32,000 bases of DNA, from positions 6,390,001 to 6,422,000 of the forward strand of contig NZ_CP042911.1 in the NCBI RefSeq assembly GCF_008065095.1, given 5' to 3'. The position numbers and the translations under genes are program-made. The first letter of the stretch is position 1; each line of letters opens with the position of its first letter. The notes under the pieces are model-generated. The model was not told where the DNA came from, made no database searches, and worked only from the letters and a program-made list of their open reading frames with translations. Positions 20,395 through 28,253 of the stretch are shown piece by piece. Source of the stretch: Gemmata obscuriglobus (GTDB lineage: Bacteria; Planctomycetota; Planctomycetia; Gemmatales; Gemmataceae).

Positions 20395-20799
20395 CTACCT
20401 CCGATCGTTCTTCGGCCTTTGAAGACCGGCCTTCTCCAGAAGCGACTGGCCGAACACGTTCCCCTCCTCTTCCGCGAACACGTCGTCCAGTTTCACGTCG
20501 GGACCGAGTTCGTATTGGATCACGTACTTGTGCTTCGCAATGTCGATCTCAGTCCCCGGGCGCAGCGGCGCGCGCAGCGTGCGAGCCCCGTTCACTTTCA
20601 CCCCGTTGGTGCTGTTCAGGTCGCGGAGGAACCACACGCCATCGCGGAGGGACAGTTCACAGTGCGTGCCGGAAATGTTCTGGAATTTCAGGCAGATGTC
20701 GCACGATTCGCGCCGACCGATGGTCATGACCTCACTGACGAGCGGAATCGAATCGCCACCGCCCACCGGAACGAGTTCACCGAGCTGGCCCTTCGTCAT
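20395..20799 (-). CDS. FHA domain-containing protein (134 aa)
   Basis: Track ORF 20395..20988, trimmed to ATG 20799 (MTKGQLGELVPVGGGD...). FHA signature: IGRRESCDICL ... ISGTHCEL ... FLRDLNSTNGVKVNG. Confidence 0.85.
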   Translation of the reverse strand: MTKGQLGELVPVGGGDSIPLVSEVMTIGRRESCDICLKFQNISGTHCELSLRDGVWFLRDLNSTNGVKVNGARTLRAPLRPGTEIDIAKHKYVIQYELGPDVKLDDVFAEEEGNVFGQSLLEKAGLQRPKNDRR

Positions 20800-20937
20800 G
20801 GCCCGTCTCACTGAGAAATGATTAAGAAATACGGACAAATGCACGGCGAAGACCGCGCCCGAACCAATGCATCCTAAATCACTTCGAGCCCAAACGCCAG
20901 TCCCCGCACGCGGTTCTCCCGTTTGGACAAAGACGAA

Positions 20938-20973
20938 CCGCCGCTCGCTCCGGACATCCGGAGCGAGCGGCGG
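20938..20973 (-). terminator. Intrinsic-terminator-like hairpin (16-bp perfect stem, 4-nt loop)
   Basis: ccgccgctcgctccgg-acat-ccggagcgagcggcgg lies 27 nt after the stop at 21000. On the minus strand it is followed by TTCGTCTTTGT. Confidence 0.6.
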
Positions 20974-20999
20974 CCGTGAGAGGGTCAACGGTCAGCGCG

Positions 21000-21407
21000 T
21001 TACTTGCCCGGCATCGCCTGGGGCAGCGCCGGCGCAGCGGGGGCGAACCCGTAGCCCGACGGGCCGTAGCCGGCCGCGGGGAAGTACGGGTTCACCGGGA
21101 AGTTGCCAGTCGCCGGCGGGCCGTAGAACGCGCCACCAACCGGGGCCGGGGTCAGGAAGTGCGCGTCGTAGGGCCAGTAGTTGTACCAGGGAGCGGCCTG
21201 GAACACGGGCAGGTTCTTGTGGCCGCCACCGCCGAACACCGTCCGCGGGGGCACACCGCCCAGACCGCCGCCCAGACCACTAAACCGAGCCAGACCGGTG
21301 TGGCCGCAGCCGTGGCACGGCTTGTCGCCCGCGGGGGCCAGGTTCGCGGTAGCAGCCAGCGCAAGCGCGACGCTCGCGGCGATCGTGAACGAACGGAGCA
21401 GTTTCAT
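21000..21407 (-). CDS. Secreted Gly/Pro/aromatic-rich protein (135 aa), function unknown
   Basis: Signal peptide MKLLRSFTIAASVALALAATA. CHGCGH, then HKNLPVFQAAPWYNYWPYDAHF. The remainder is low-complexity G/P/Y/F/A. Confidence 0.7.
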   Translation of the reverse strand: MKLLRSFTIAASVALALAATANLAPAGDKPCHGCGHTGLARFSGLGGGLGGVPPRTVFGGGGHKNLPVFQAAPWYNYWPYDAHFLTPAPVGGAFYGPPATGNFPVNPYFPAAGYGPSGYGFAPAAPALPQAMPGK

Positions 21408-21505
21408 CGCAAAGGTCCTTTCCTTGGGGAATCGTGCAGCTTCCTGAGTAGCACCGGGCGAACATTAACCTCCCTCACGCACGTTTGCCGTGCGCTCGGG
21501 GTGAA

Positions 21506-21528
21506 CCGATCGCGTCAAACGCGATCGG
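21506..21528 (-). terminator. Hairpin (10-bp stem, 3-nt loop) downstream of the 21541 gene
   Basis: ccgatcgcgt-caa-acgcgatcgg lies 13 nt after the stop at 21541. Confidence 0.45.
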
Positions 21529-21540
21529 AGGTGTACGGAG

Positions 21541-22131
21541 TTACTTCGTGCCGGACACGGGGATCAGGTCGAGCACCGGGTTCAAGGTCGGGGTCGAGCC
21601 GTAGAACACGGCCGATTGGGCCGCGGAGCCGAACCCGGAGTAGCGGGTCAGTGCGTCACCGGTGTGCTGGGCGGGCGCGGCACTCGCAACCCCGCCGCAC
21701 GACGAGCACGCCGGGGCCGTGTGCCCGTGACGGCTGCCGGACAGCCACGTGTGTCCCTTGAACCAGCCGCCCTGCAACCACGACGCGTGCCAAAACCCGC
21801 ACGACGAGCACCCGCTCTTGTGCCCGCCCAAATGGAGCTGTCCGTACCGGCCGAACGGCCCCGGCCCACGGCCGTACATTCCCGACTCGCCGTAGAAGTT
21901 CGGATCGTAGCGCAGGTACTGGTCCCAGGGACCGTACGGCGCGAACGGGTAGTAGCCGTAGTACGGGCCGTAGTTGAACAGCGGGCCGTGCTGGTGGATC
22001 TTCCGGAACATCCCGAGGCAGTGGTCGCCGCAACCGAACCCGTTGTAGGGCGGGTTGGCGCTACCCGTCTGCGGGGTAACCAGGAACAGCAACGGCACCG
22101 CCAACAGGGCGGCGGTCGAAAGGCGTCTCAT
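21541..22131 (-). CDS. Secreted Gly/Pro/aromatic/His-rich protein (196 aa), paralog-like to the 21000 gene
   Basis: Track ORF 21541..22434, trimmed to ATG 22131: MRRLSTAALLAVPLLFLVTPQTGSA (signal peptide). GCGDHC, then HQHGPLFNYGPYYGYYPF. Two CSSCG motifs. Confidence 0.7.
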   Translation of the reverse strand: MRRLSTAALLAVPLLFLVTPQTGSANPPYNGFGCGDHCLGMFRKIHQHGPLFNYGPYYGYYPFAPYGPWDQYLRYDPNFYGESGMYGRGPGPFGRYGQLHLGGHKSGCSSCGFWHASWLQGGWFKGHTWLSGSRHGHTAPACSSCGGVASAAPAQHTGDALTRYSGFGSAAQSAVFYGSTPTLNPVLDLIPVSGTK

Positions 22132-22321
22132 CGGCGCGAATCCTTGCGGTGCGGCCCGCCGCGGGCCGAGGCCCGTCCCCGTCCGTAGCCGCGGGCACGA
22201 GCAAACATCCCGCGCGGACCCGAACCACGCCAACGAAAGAGTGTCCATCGCGGAGCGGAAAATCGCGCCCGCGGCGGCGCGACGGGAACATCCCGAACGG
22301 TTTGCGGAACAGGGCGCTGTG

Positions 22322-23206
22322 TCAGTGGGCGGCGCATCCCGCACGGCCGCGCAGCGCGGCGAACTCGGCGGCCGTGATCGCACACGCTCCGACCCGCCGG
22401 TGCGCAGGGTCGGGGCCGTGGCAGTCGCTCCCACCGCTCACCGCCAAACCGTGTGCGGCAGCGGTCGCGCGGAACCGCACTTCGGGAGCGCGGCGCGCCC
22501 ACGGGTAGACGGCCTCGAGTGCGTCGAGCCCGTGGCCCTTGAGGGCCACGACCTGTTCGTCGGTCAGGCCTTCCGGCGGGTGCGCAAGCGATGCAACCCC
22601 GCCGGCCGCGTGAACCAGCGCAACAGCTTCCTCGATCGGGAGCAGCACTTTCGGCGGCGCCTGTTTGAGGACGGGATGAACGAACCGCTGGAGCGCCTCG
22701 TTACGAGTCCGCGCCGCTCCCGCTACGATCACCAGATCCGCAACGTGGCGCCGGCCGAGGCTGTCGGCAGCAGTTTCGGTGAGCCGGGCGCGGTCGTCCG
22801 GGATGCTCGCCCCGCGCGCCTGGACCAGAGCGACCAAGGCGCGAAAGCGTTCGCGGCGCCCCTCACGAACCCGCGCAAGCGCGGCCCCCAGCTCCGGGTG
22901 GTCGGGGCGCACGAAGTACCCGAGCAAGTGGAGTTCCCGGCCGGCGAACGACGTGCTAATTTCAACCCCCGGGACGACTTCGATCGCTCCGGCGGCCGCG
23001 TGCTGGGCCTCGGGAACTCCGGCGAGCGTGTCGTGGTCGGTGATCGCGACAGCGGCGAGCCGGGCCTGGCGTGCGAGAGCAACGACCTGCGACGGGGTGT
23101 AATCGCCGTCACTTGCGACCGTGTGGGTATGCAGATCCGCACGGGCCGGAGCAGCCAGGTGCGCGAGCCGGCTCGCGGCAGTGGTGTAAGCGGACGCGCG
23201 CGGCAT
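22322..23206 (-). CDS. PHP domain metal-dependent phosphoesterase (TrpH/YciV-like)
   Basis: ADLHTHTVASDG, AITDHDT, GVEIS, SLAHP, GGSDCHG. The track start at 23248 is a TTG. I prefer ATG 23206, which gives 24 residues before DLHTHT. Confidence 0.85.
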   Translation of the reverse strand: MPRASAYTTAASRLAHLAAPARADLHTHTVASDGDYTPSQVVALARQARLAAVAITDHDTLAGVPEAQHAAAGAIEVVPGVEISTSFAGRELHLLGYFVRPDHPELGAALARVREGRRERFRALVALVQARGASIPDDRARLTETAADSLGRRHVADLVIVAGAARTRNEALQRFVHPVLKQAPPKVLLPIEEAVALVHAAGGVASLAHPPEGLTDEQVVALKGHGLDALEAVYPWARRAPEVRFRATAAAHGLAVSGGSDCHGPDPAHRRVGACAITAAEFAALRGRAGCAAH

Positions 23207-23262
23207 GGTGCTCGATCGGCCTGTTGCCGCGAGGAGCGGCGGTGACAAGGGGACGGTAAGCT

Positions 23263-23322
23263 GCGGCCGGGTTCTCGCCGCCGCGTCGGGCGCGCCCGAC
23301 GCGGCGGCGAGAACCCGGCCGC
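23263..23322. repeat. 60-bp perfect, spacer-less GC-rich palindrome
   Basis: gcggccgggttctcgccgccgcgtcgggcg (23263-23292) is immediately followed by its exact reverse complement (23293-23322). It lies 29 nt after the stop of the 23352 gene and upstream of the PHP gene. Confidence 0.85.
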
Positions 23323-23351
23323 TACACCCTTAATCACACTACGAAACGTAC

Positions 23352-23858
23352 CTACCGCGACCCGGCCATCCCGACCGCGAACGCCACAACAGCCGCGCCA
23401 AGTACCGCAGCGATCAGCATCACGATCACGAACTGGAACACCAGCACAACCACGGCCCGGCCGAGGGTGGTGGGCAGGAGCGAAGACAGCATCGTGACTT
23501 GAACCACCAGACTGACCGGGAGAGCGATCAGCGCCGCCATGCTGCCGTCCCCGCCGTTGAGCGCCGCCGCCATCATGATCGCGGCCCGAACCACGAAATC
23601 GACCAACCCGACCACCAGCAAGATCCCCATCGCCTTACCGGTTGACGGCATCGGGATAGCCAGCTCGGACGGGTCTTGGCGGTACCGCCGATACCCCTCC
23701 GGTTCGTCGTAATAGGTGAGGTCCGGGGTCGAACCGCCCACGACCTTGTTGGTCAAGCCGATCGCAGCCCGCAGGATCACGCTCCCGATCCACAGCGCGA
23801 CGGGCACCATCACCCCCATCACACACAACAGAGCAACGAGTCCGGCGGCCGGGTCCAT
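23352..23858 (-). CDS. Integral membrane protein (168 aa, about 4-5 TM segments), function unknown
   Basis: Hydrophobic segments throughout: LVALLCVMGVMVPVALWIGSVIL, MGILLVVGLVDFVV, LIALPVSLVVQVTML, VVVLVFQFVIVMLIAAVLGAAVVAFAV. Third-codon positions are G/C-rich. Confidence 0.7.
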   Translation of the reverse strand: MDPAAGLVALLCVMGVMVPVALWIGSVILRAAIGLTNKVVGGSTPDLTYYDEPEGYRRYRQDPSELAIPMPSTGKAMGILLVVGLVDFVVRAAIMMAAALNGGDGSMAALIALPVSLVVQVTMLSSLLPTTLGRAVVVLVFQFVIVMLIAAVLGAAVVAFAVGMAGSR

Positions 23859-24118
23859 AGGTCACCTACGTGCAGTTCGCCGGCGGGCGCGGGCGCGCCG
23901 AGTCCGGGACTAGGTTCCTAGAACACTGTGGTGGCCGGTGCTTTAAGCGAGTTGCGCAGTTTTAATCGAAAAACGCTGTGACAAACAATCTTGGGACATC
24001 AGCAATGCCCTCCGAAACGGAACCGCACGCACCGATCGTCGTAACATTCACGCCAACCCGAGGCGAATTTGTGCGTTTCACCATGCGGTTCCCCTTAACC
24101 GCATGGTGCTCTTGATCT

Positions 24119-24535
24119 GTGAGAGCTGGCTCGCCGTTATCCTGTACACCGTTTACTGCTCATCGCAGTTTCCCCGGGGGGGCCGGCGCAAACCAGTACG
24201 GCTTCGTGTTTGCCGCCGCGTTCACAATCGCGGTCATGCTGGTTATTATCGCTGTTGGTACGTACCGCGCGGCGGTGCGGCGGTGGAACACCGCGGTGGA
24301 GTTGCGGGAGCAACGGCAGTACACGTTCACCGAGGGCGAGATTCAGGCCACCGGCGAGACCTGCGCCGCCTTCAGCGCGTGGTCGCACGTTGTCCGTGTC
24401 GGGCAGCTCGCGGGACAGGTTTACTTGAACACCAATCAGAACCAATTTCACCTCTTCCCCGTGACCGCCTTCGGCGATCAGTGGGAGGAATTCCGAGTAT
24501 TGGTAGCTGAGAAGGTTGGAACCTGTCGGCTGTAA
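24119..24535 (+). CDS. YcxB-like (TM plus PH-like C-terminal domain) protein. This is the intact ORF as written, probably the 3' part of a larger frame-disrupted gene starting at 24005.
   Basis: From about 24183 on, the frame has G/C-rich third positions and encodes YGFVFAAAFTIAVMLVIIAVG (TM), then YTFTEGEI ... WSHVVRV ... VYLNTNQNQFHLFPVTAF ... EEFRVLV. The first about 20 codons after GTG 24119 do not look coding (see finding). Confidence 0.55.
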   Translation: MRAGSPLSCTPFTAHRSFPGGAGANQYGFVFAAAFTIAVMLVIIAVGTYRAAVRRWNTAVELREQRQYTFTEGEIQATGETCAAFSAWSHVVRVGQLAGQVYLNTNQNQFHLFPVTAFGDQWEEFRVLVAEKVGTCRL

Positions 24536-24636
24536 GGTCTTCTCGCGTAACTCAATTCAGAGGCGGCCGTTGTGGCCCAGCGGCTCTAGCTTGGACCGCA
24601 ACAGTAAGCAGCAAGCATCCGCAACCGGGTCGTAAA

Positions 24637-25083
24637 TCAGGACGCGCCGGAACCGGCGCCAGCCTTGCGCTCGTCGCGCATCTTGCCGACACGGTCCAGA
24701 ACGCCGTTCACGAACGCCGGCGAATCCTCGGAGCCGAACCGCTTCGCCAGTTCGATCGCCTCGTTGATGACCACCTCCAGCGGCTGCGGGGCTGCGTCGA
24801 ACAGCAGTTCGAAGGCGCCGAGCCGCAGCACGTTCCGGTCCACCGGCGTCATGCGCGTGAGCCGCCAGTTCGTGGCGGCGCTTTTCAGCGCCTCGTCGAT
24901 CGCGTCCTTGCGCCCGGCCACGCCGTCGTAGAGCGACAGCGCGTAGGTGCTCATTTCCGCGTCGCCGAGTAGTCGGTCGCGGGCGAACTGCTGGATCGCT
25001 TTGCGCGGCACCTTGGTCGGGTTCTGGTCCCACTGAAACAGCAGTTGCAGAACCACTTCTCGGGCGCGGGAACGTCGGGCCAT
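24637..25083 (-). CDS. nusB: Transcription antitermination factor NusB
   Basis: RSRAREVVLQLLFQWD, NWRLTRMTPVDRNVLRLGAFELL, VVINEAIELAKRFG, FVNGVLD. Confidence 0.9.
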   Translation of the reverse strand: MARRSRAREVVLQLLFQWDQNPTKVPRKAIQQFARDRLLGDAEMSTYALSLYDGVAGRKDAIDEALKSAATNWRLTRMTPVDRNVLRLGAFELLFDAAPQPLEVVINEAIELAKRFGSEDSPAFVNGVLDRVGKMRDERKAGAGSGAS

Positions 25084-25195
25084 GTGCTCGGTGTCTCAGT
25101 TTAGGGGCTACAGACATGCTAGTAGCTTTCCGCCGCGCGCGAATATAGAACGCATTCATCCTCCCCCTACGGCCCCTCTTCGAGGCTCGTCCATC

Positions 25196-26188
25196 ATGCC
25201 CCGCTTTCGTGTCGTGGTCGCCGACTTCCTGGCCGACGCCCTCCAGCCCGAGCGCGAGATCCTCGGCGATATCGCCGACGTAGTCGCGCTCAACGCGACC
25301 GCCGAGGCCGACCTCGTCGGCCACATCGAGAGCGCCGACGCGGTGATGCTGTACCACAACATCGCCATCACCGCGGCCACCATCTCCCGCCTCCAGCAGT
25401 GCAAGCTGATCGTGCGGTGCGGGGTCGGGTTCGACAACGTGGACCACCGGGCGGCGCGGGCGCAGGGCATCCCGGTCGGGAACGTGCCGGACTACGGCGC
25501 CGAGGAGGTGGCGGACTCGGCCATCGGGCTGATGCTCGCCCTCACCCGCGGCATCAACTTCTTCAACGTGCGGTTGCAGCAGCGGCGCGGCGCCTGGGCG
25601 TTCATGGACGTGGCCCCGCTGCACCGGCTGCGCGGGCGCACGTTCGGCGTGATCGGGCTCGGGTGCATCGGCACCGCGGCGGCCCTGCGGGCGAAGGCCC
25701 TCGGTATGGACGTGGCGTTCTACGACCCGTACAAGCCGGATGGGTACGACAAGGCCAACGGCATCCGCCGGGTGGAGAAGCTCGACGACCTGTTCGCGCA
25801 GTCCTTCGTCCTGAGTCCCCACTGCCCGCTGACGAGCGAGACGCGGCACATCGTGGACGCCCGCGCCATCGGCCTGATGCCGGACGGGGCGTACCTGGTG
25901 AACACCGCCCGCGGCGCGGTCGTCGACGTGACCGCGATCCCGGCCGCGATCCGGTCCGGGAAGCTCCGCGGCGCCGGGATCGACGTGCTGCCGTTCGAGC
26001 CGCCTCCCGAGGACCACCCGCTGCTGGTCGCCTGGCGCGACCCGAACGACCCGTGCCACGACCGGGTGATCCTGAACCCGCACTCGGCCTTCTACTCCGA
26101 AGAGGGGCTGCTCGACATGCGCGTGAAGGGCGCACAGGCGTGCCGCCGCGCGCTGCTGGGCGAGCCGCTCCGGAACATCGTGAACTAG
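25196..26188 (+). CDS. D-isomer-specific 2-hydroxyacid dehydrogenase (CtBP-like)
   Basis: Track ORF 25082..26188, trimmed to ATG 25196 (MPRFRVVVADF...). GVGFDNVD, GVIGLGCIGTAAA (NAD fold), VNTARGAVVD, and a catalytic His context (NPHSAFYS). Confidence 0.9.
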   Translation: MPRFRVVVADFLADALQPEREILGDIADVVALNATAEADLVGHIESADAVMLYHNIAITAATISRLQQCKLIVRCGVGFDNVDHRAARAQGIPVGNVPDYGAEEVADSAIGLMLALTRGINFFNVRLQQRRGAWAFMDVAPLHRLRGRTFGVIGLGCIGTAAALRAKALGMDVAFYDPYKPDGYDKANGIRRVEKLDDLFAQSFVLSPHCPLTSETRHIVDARAIGLMPDGAYLVNTARGAVVDVTAIPAAIRSGKLRGAGIDVLPFEPPPEDHPLLVAWRDPNDPCHDRVILNPHSAFYSEEGLLDMRVKGAQACRRALLGEPLRNIVN

Positions 26189-26213
26189 CGAGAAACGGCC
26201 GCAAAAGGCGGCG

Positions 26214-26354
26214 AGAGGATTGGCCACAAAAAAGCACAAAGGGCACAAAAGGAAACCAAAACCGAAGACAGAAGAGTGAGTTCAAAAACACTTCTCTTGT
26301 CTTCGTTCTTGGTTCTCTTTTGTGCCCTTTGTGCTTTTTTGTGGCCAATCCTCT
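26214..26354. repeat. 141-nt A/T-rich long hairpin element between convergent genes
   Basis: The outer 38 nt (26214-26251, agaggattggccacaaaaaagcacaaagggcacaaaag) are the exact reverse complement of 26317-26354. The inner 27-28 nt pair imperfectly (20 matched positions in my hand alignment). The loop is agttcaaaaa (26279-26288). Confidence 0.85.
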
Positions 26355-26370
26355 TTGTCTTCGTCTTCTG

Positions 26371-26733
26371 CTACGCGTCCGCGACGAACGGCTTCAGTTC
26401 CTCAGTCGTGAGCGGGCGGTCGAAGTGTGCGCCGACGAAGTAGTCGCCGGTGTCGAGCAGTTTCACGTGAACCACCTTCATCCGCACCCGCAGCGTCGCC
26501 TCGTCGAGCATCGGTTCCAGGTAACCGGCCAGTTCGCTGCCGGCCGGCCGCGGGGCGTGGAGCAACATGCTGATGCCGGTCGTCGAGATGTTCCACACGA
26601 GGGCGACCGATGACGGGCCGCCGTCGGGCGCGTCGAGCCGCAGCACCGTTCCCATCGCGGGCTGCCGGCGCGGCGCGGCCCGCCGCTCGGTGGATGCGGT
26701 TTGAACTTCGGCTACGGGTGCTGGGGCGCTCAT
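26371..26733 (-). CDS. PilZ domain protein (candidate c-di-GMP receptor)
   Basis: RAAPR (RxxxR) and NISTTG (D/NxSxxG) motifs at the canonical spacing. I prefer the start at ATG 26733. The track start at 26760 is an alternative. Confidence 0.7.
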   Translation of the reverse strand: MSAPAPVAEVQTASTERRAAPRRQPAMGTVLRLDAPDGGPSSVALVWNISTTGISMLLHAPRPAGSELAGYLEPMLDEATLRVRMKVVHVKLLDTGDYFVGAHFDRPLTTEELKPFVADA

Positions 26734-26794
26734 GGTGCGTCTCGTGGAGGTAGCCCACATTATTCGCCCGCGCCCGGCCGGGGACCAGTGCCGA

Positions 26795-27952
26795 TCACGC
26801 GGCTTTGCGCGGTTCCACAGGCCGTCCGTACAGGACGGTGTCGAGGTACGTGAACAGTTCGGCCTCGAATCGCTCTTTCCGGAAAAGCACCGCCTGGCGC
26901 CGGGCCGCCCGGGGGTCGAAATGGTCGCTTGAATTATCGAAGCGTTCGACCGCCTCGCACACGGAATCGCAGTTTTGCTCTGAAAAGAACACTCCCGTCG
27001 GCTCGGCCGCGGCCCCGAGCGGCCGGACCGTTTCTGTCAGCCCCCCCCGCGCGAACCCGATCACCGGGCACCCGCACGCCTGCGCCTCGAGCGGCACGAT
27101 CCCGAAGTCCTCCTCGCCGGGAAACAACAGGGCTTTGGCCCGCCGCAGGTGGTCGCGGATGACCTCGTCGGGCTGCCAGCCGAGGAACTGCACGTGCGGC
27201 CCGGCGCTCGCTTTGAGCTTCGCGAGGTGCTGGCCGCTGCCGATCACCACGAGCTTCTTGCCCAGCTTCTCGCACGCTTCGATCGCCAGATCGAACCGCT
27301 TGTACGGCGCCAGCGCCGACACCACGAGGTAGAAGTCCTCGCGGGGCACCGGAGCGGGGGTGTAAAACTCCGTATCGACCGGCGGGTAGATGACATCGGC
27401 GTCGCGGCCGTAACAGTCGCGGATGCGGTCGCGCACGGTGTTGCTGATCGCCACGAAATGCGTTACCCGGTCGGCGGTCCGGCGGTCCCACTCGCGGATA
27501 CGGCCTAGCAGCGTGTCCACGGCTCTGGCCTTCCATTTGCCAATGAAGCCGTGCGGGCGGAAGTACGCATCCTTCATGTGCCAGGCGTACCGCATCGGGG
27601 TGAAGCAGTAGCACACGTGCGGGACGCCCTTGGGAGGCTTTGCCGACTTCGCCACCGCGTGCGACAAGCTCACCACAAGGTCGGCATCGGTGACGCCCCA
27701 GCCCGCCGCGAACGGCATCAGTGGGAGCAGGTAGCGGTAGTACCGCTCCACCTTCGGCAGGGCGTTGAGGAAGCTCGGATGAATGCGCGCGGCTTCCACC
27801 GCGGCCGGCACCGTACCCTTTTTGTGGATCAGGGTCAGAAGCCTCGCGTCCGGCCAGCGCCGGCAAAGCGGTTCGAGGCACTTCTCACCGCCCCGTGTGC
27901 CGGTGAGCCAGTCGTGAACCAGAACCACACGCTCGGGTCGCCCGGCGTCCAT
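26795..27952 (-). CDS. Family 4 (GT-B) glycosyltransferase
   Basis: N-terminal VVLVHDWLTGTRGGEK. C-terminal EEDFGIVPLEAQACGCPVI (E-x7-E type motif). Length is 385 aa. Confidence 0.9.
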   Translation of the reverse strand: MDAGRPERVVLVHDWLTGTRGGEKCLEPLCRRWPDARLLTLIHKKGTVPAAVEAARIHPSFLNALPKVERYYRYLLPLMPFAAGWGVTDADLVVSLSHAVAKSAKPPKGVPHVCYCFTPMRYAWHMKDAYFRPHGFIGKWKARAVDTLLGRIREWDRRTADRVTHFVAISNTVRDRIRDCYGRDADVIYPPVDTEFYTPAPVPREDFYLVVSALAPYKRFDLAIEACEKLGKKLVVIGSGQHLAKLKASAGPHVQFLGWQPDEVIRDHLRRAKALLFPGEEDFGIVPLEAQACGCPVIGFARGGLTETVRPLGAAAEPTGVFFSEQNCDSVCEAVERFDNSSDHFDPRAARRQAVLFRKERFEAELFTYLDTVLYGRPVEPRKAA

Positions 27953-28253
27953 GCCGTTTCCCTTCGGAAATGTCCCGGGCCGACCGGGTTCGCGTTTGAA
28001 AGAGTCTCGCGGGCGGAAGTCTACCGTACCGCGGGAGCCGCGCGAAGGCGTGTCGCAAAAGGCGGAAACGGTTCACACTTCGCGGGTTGTGTACCGGAGC
28101 CGGTTGCTCGATTCGGTCCGGCCGCGTTGCGTGCCGGGAAATTGCGTTGTAAGCTGAATTGCAACACCCGCCGCGTGTTCGGTCGCCTCGCACGGCCGAA
28201 CGCGACCGGCGCGTTTCTCAGAGACGGTTCAGCCGCCTTGTCGGGGGAATCAG

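Noticed and set aside
23207-23248. TTG start at 23248 for the PHP gene
   Set aside because: The ATG at 23206 gives a normal N-terminal length before the DLHTHT motif. The TTG extension has no Shine-Dalgarno sequence and lies only 14 nt from the palindrome. I kept it only as an alternative.
22055-23337. ORFs 22055..23245 (+) and 22729..23337 (-)
   Set aside because: They overlap the PHP gene in other frames. The second also reads straight through the 60-bp palindrome. Their composition is typical of non-coding frames in G+C-rich DNA.
24557-26613. 563-aa minus ORF (24557..26248) and 404-aa plus ORF (25399..26613)
   Set aside because: They are shadows of nusB, the dehydrogenase and the PilZ gene. 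Their termini (CPLCFFVANPL on both strands) are just the two mirrored arms of the long hairpin element.
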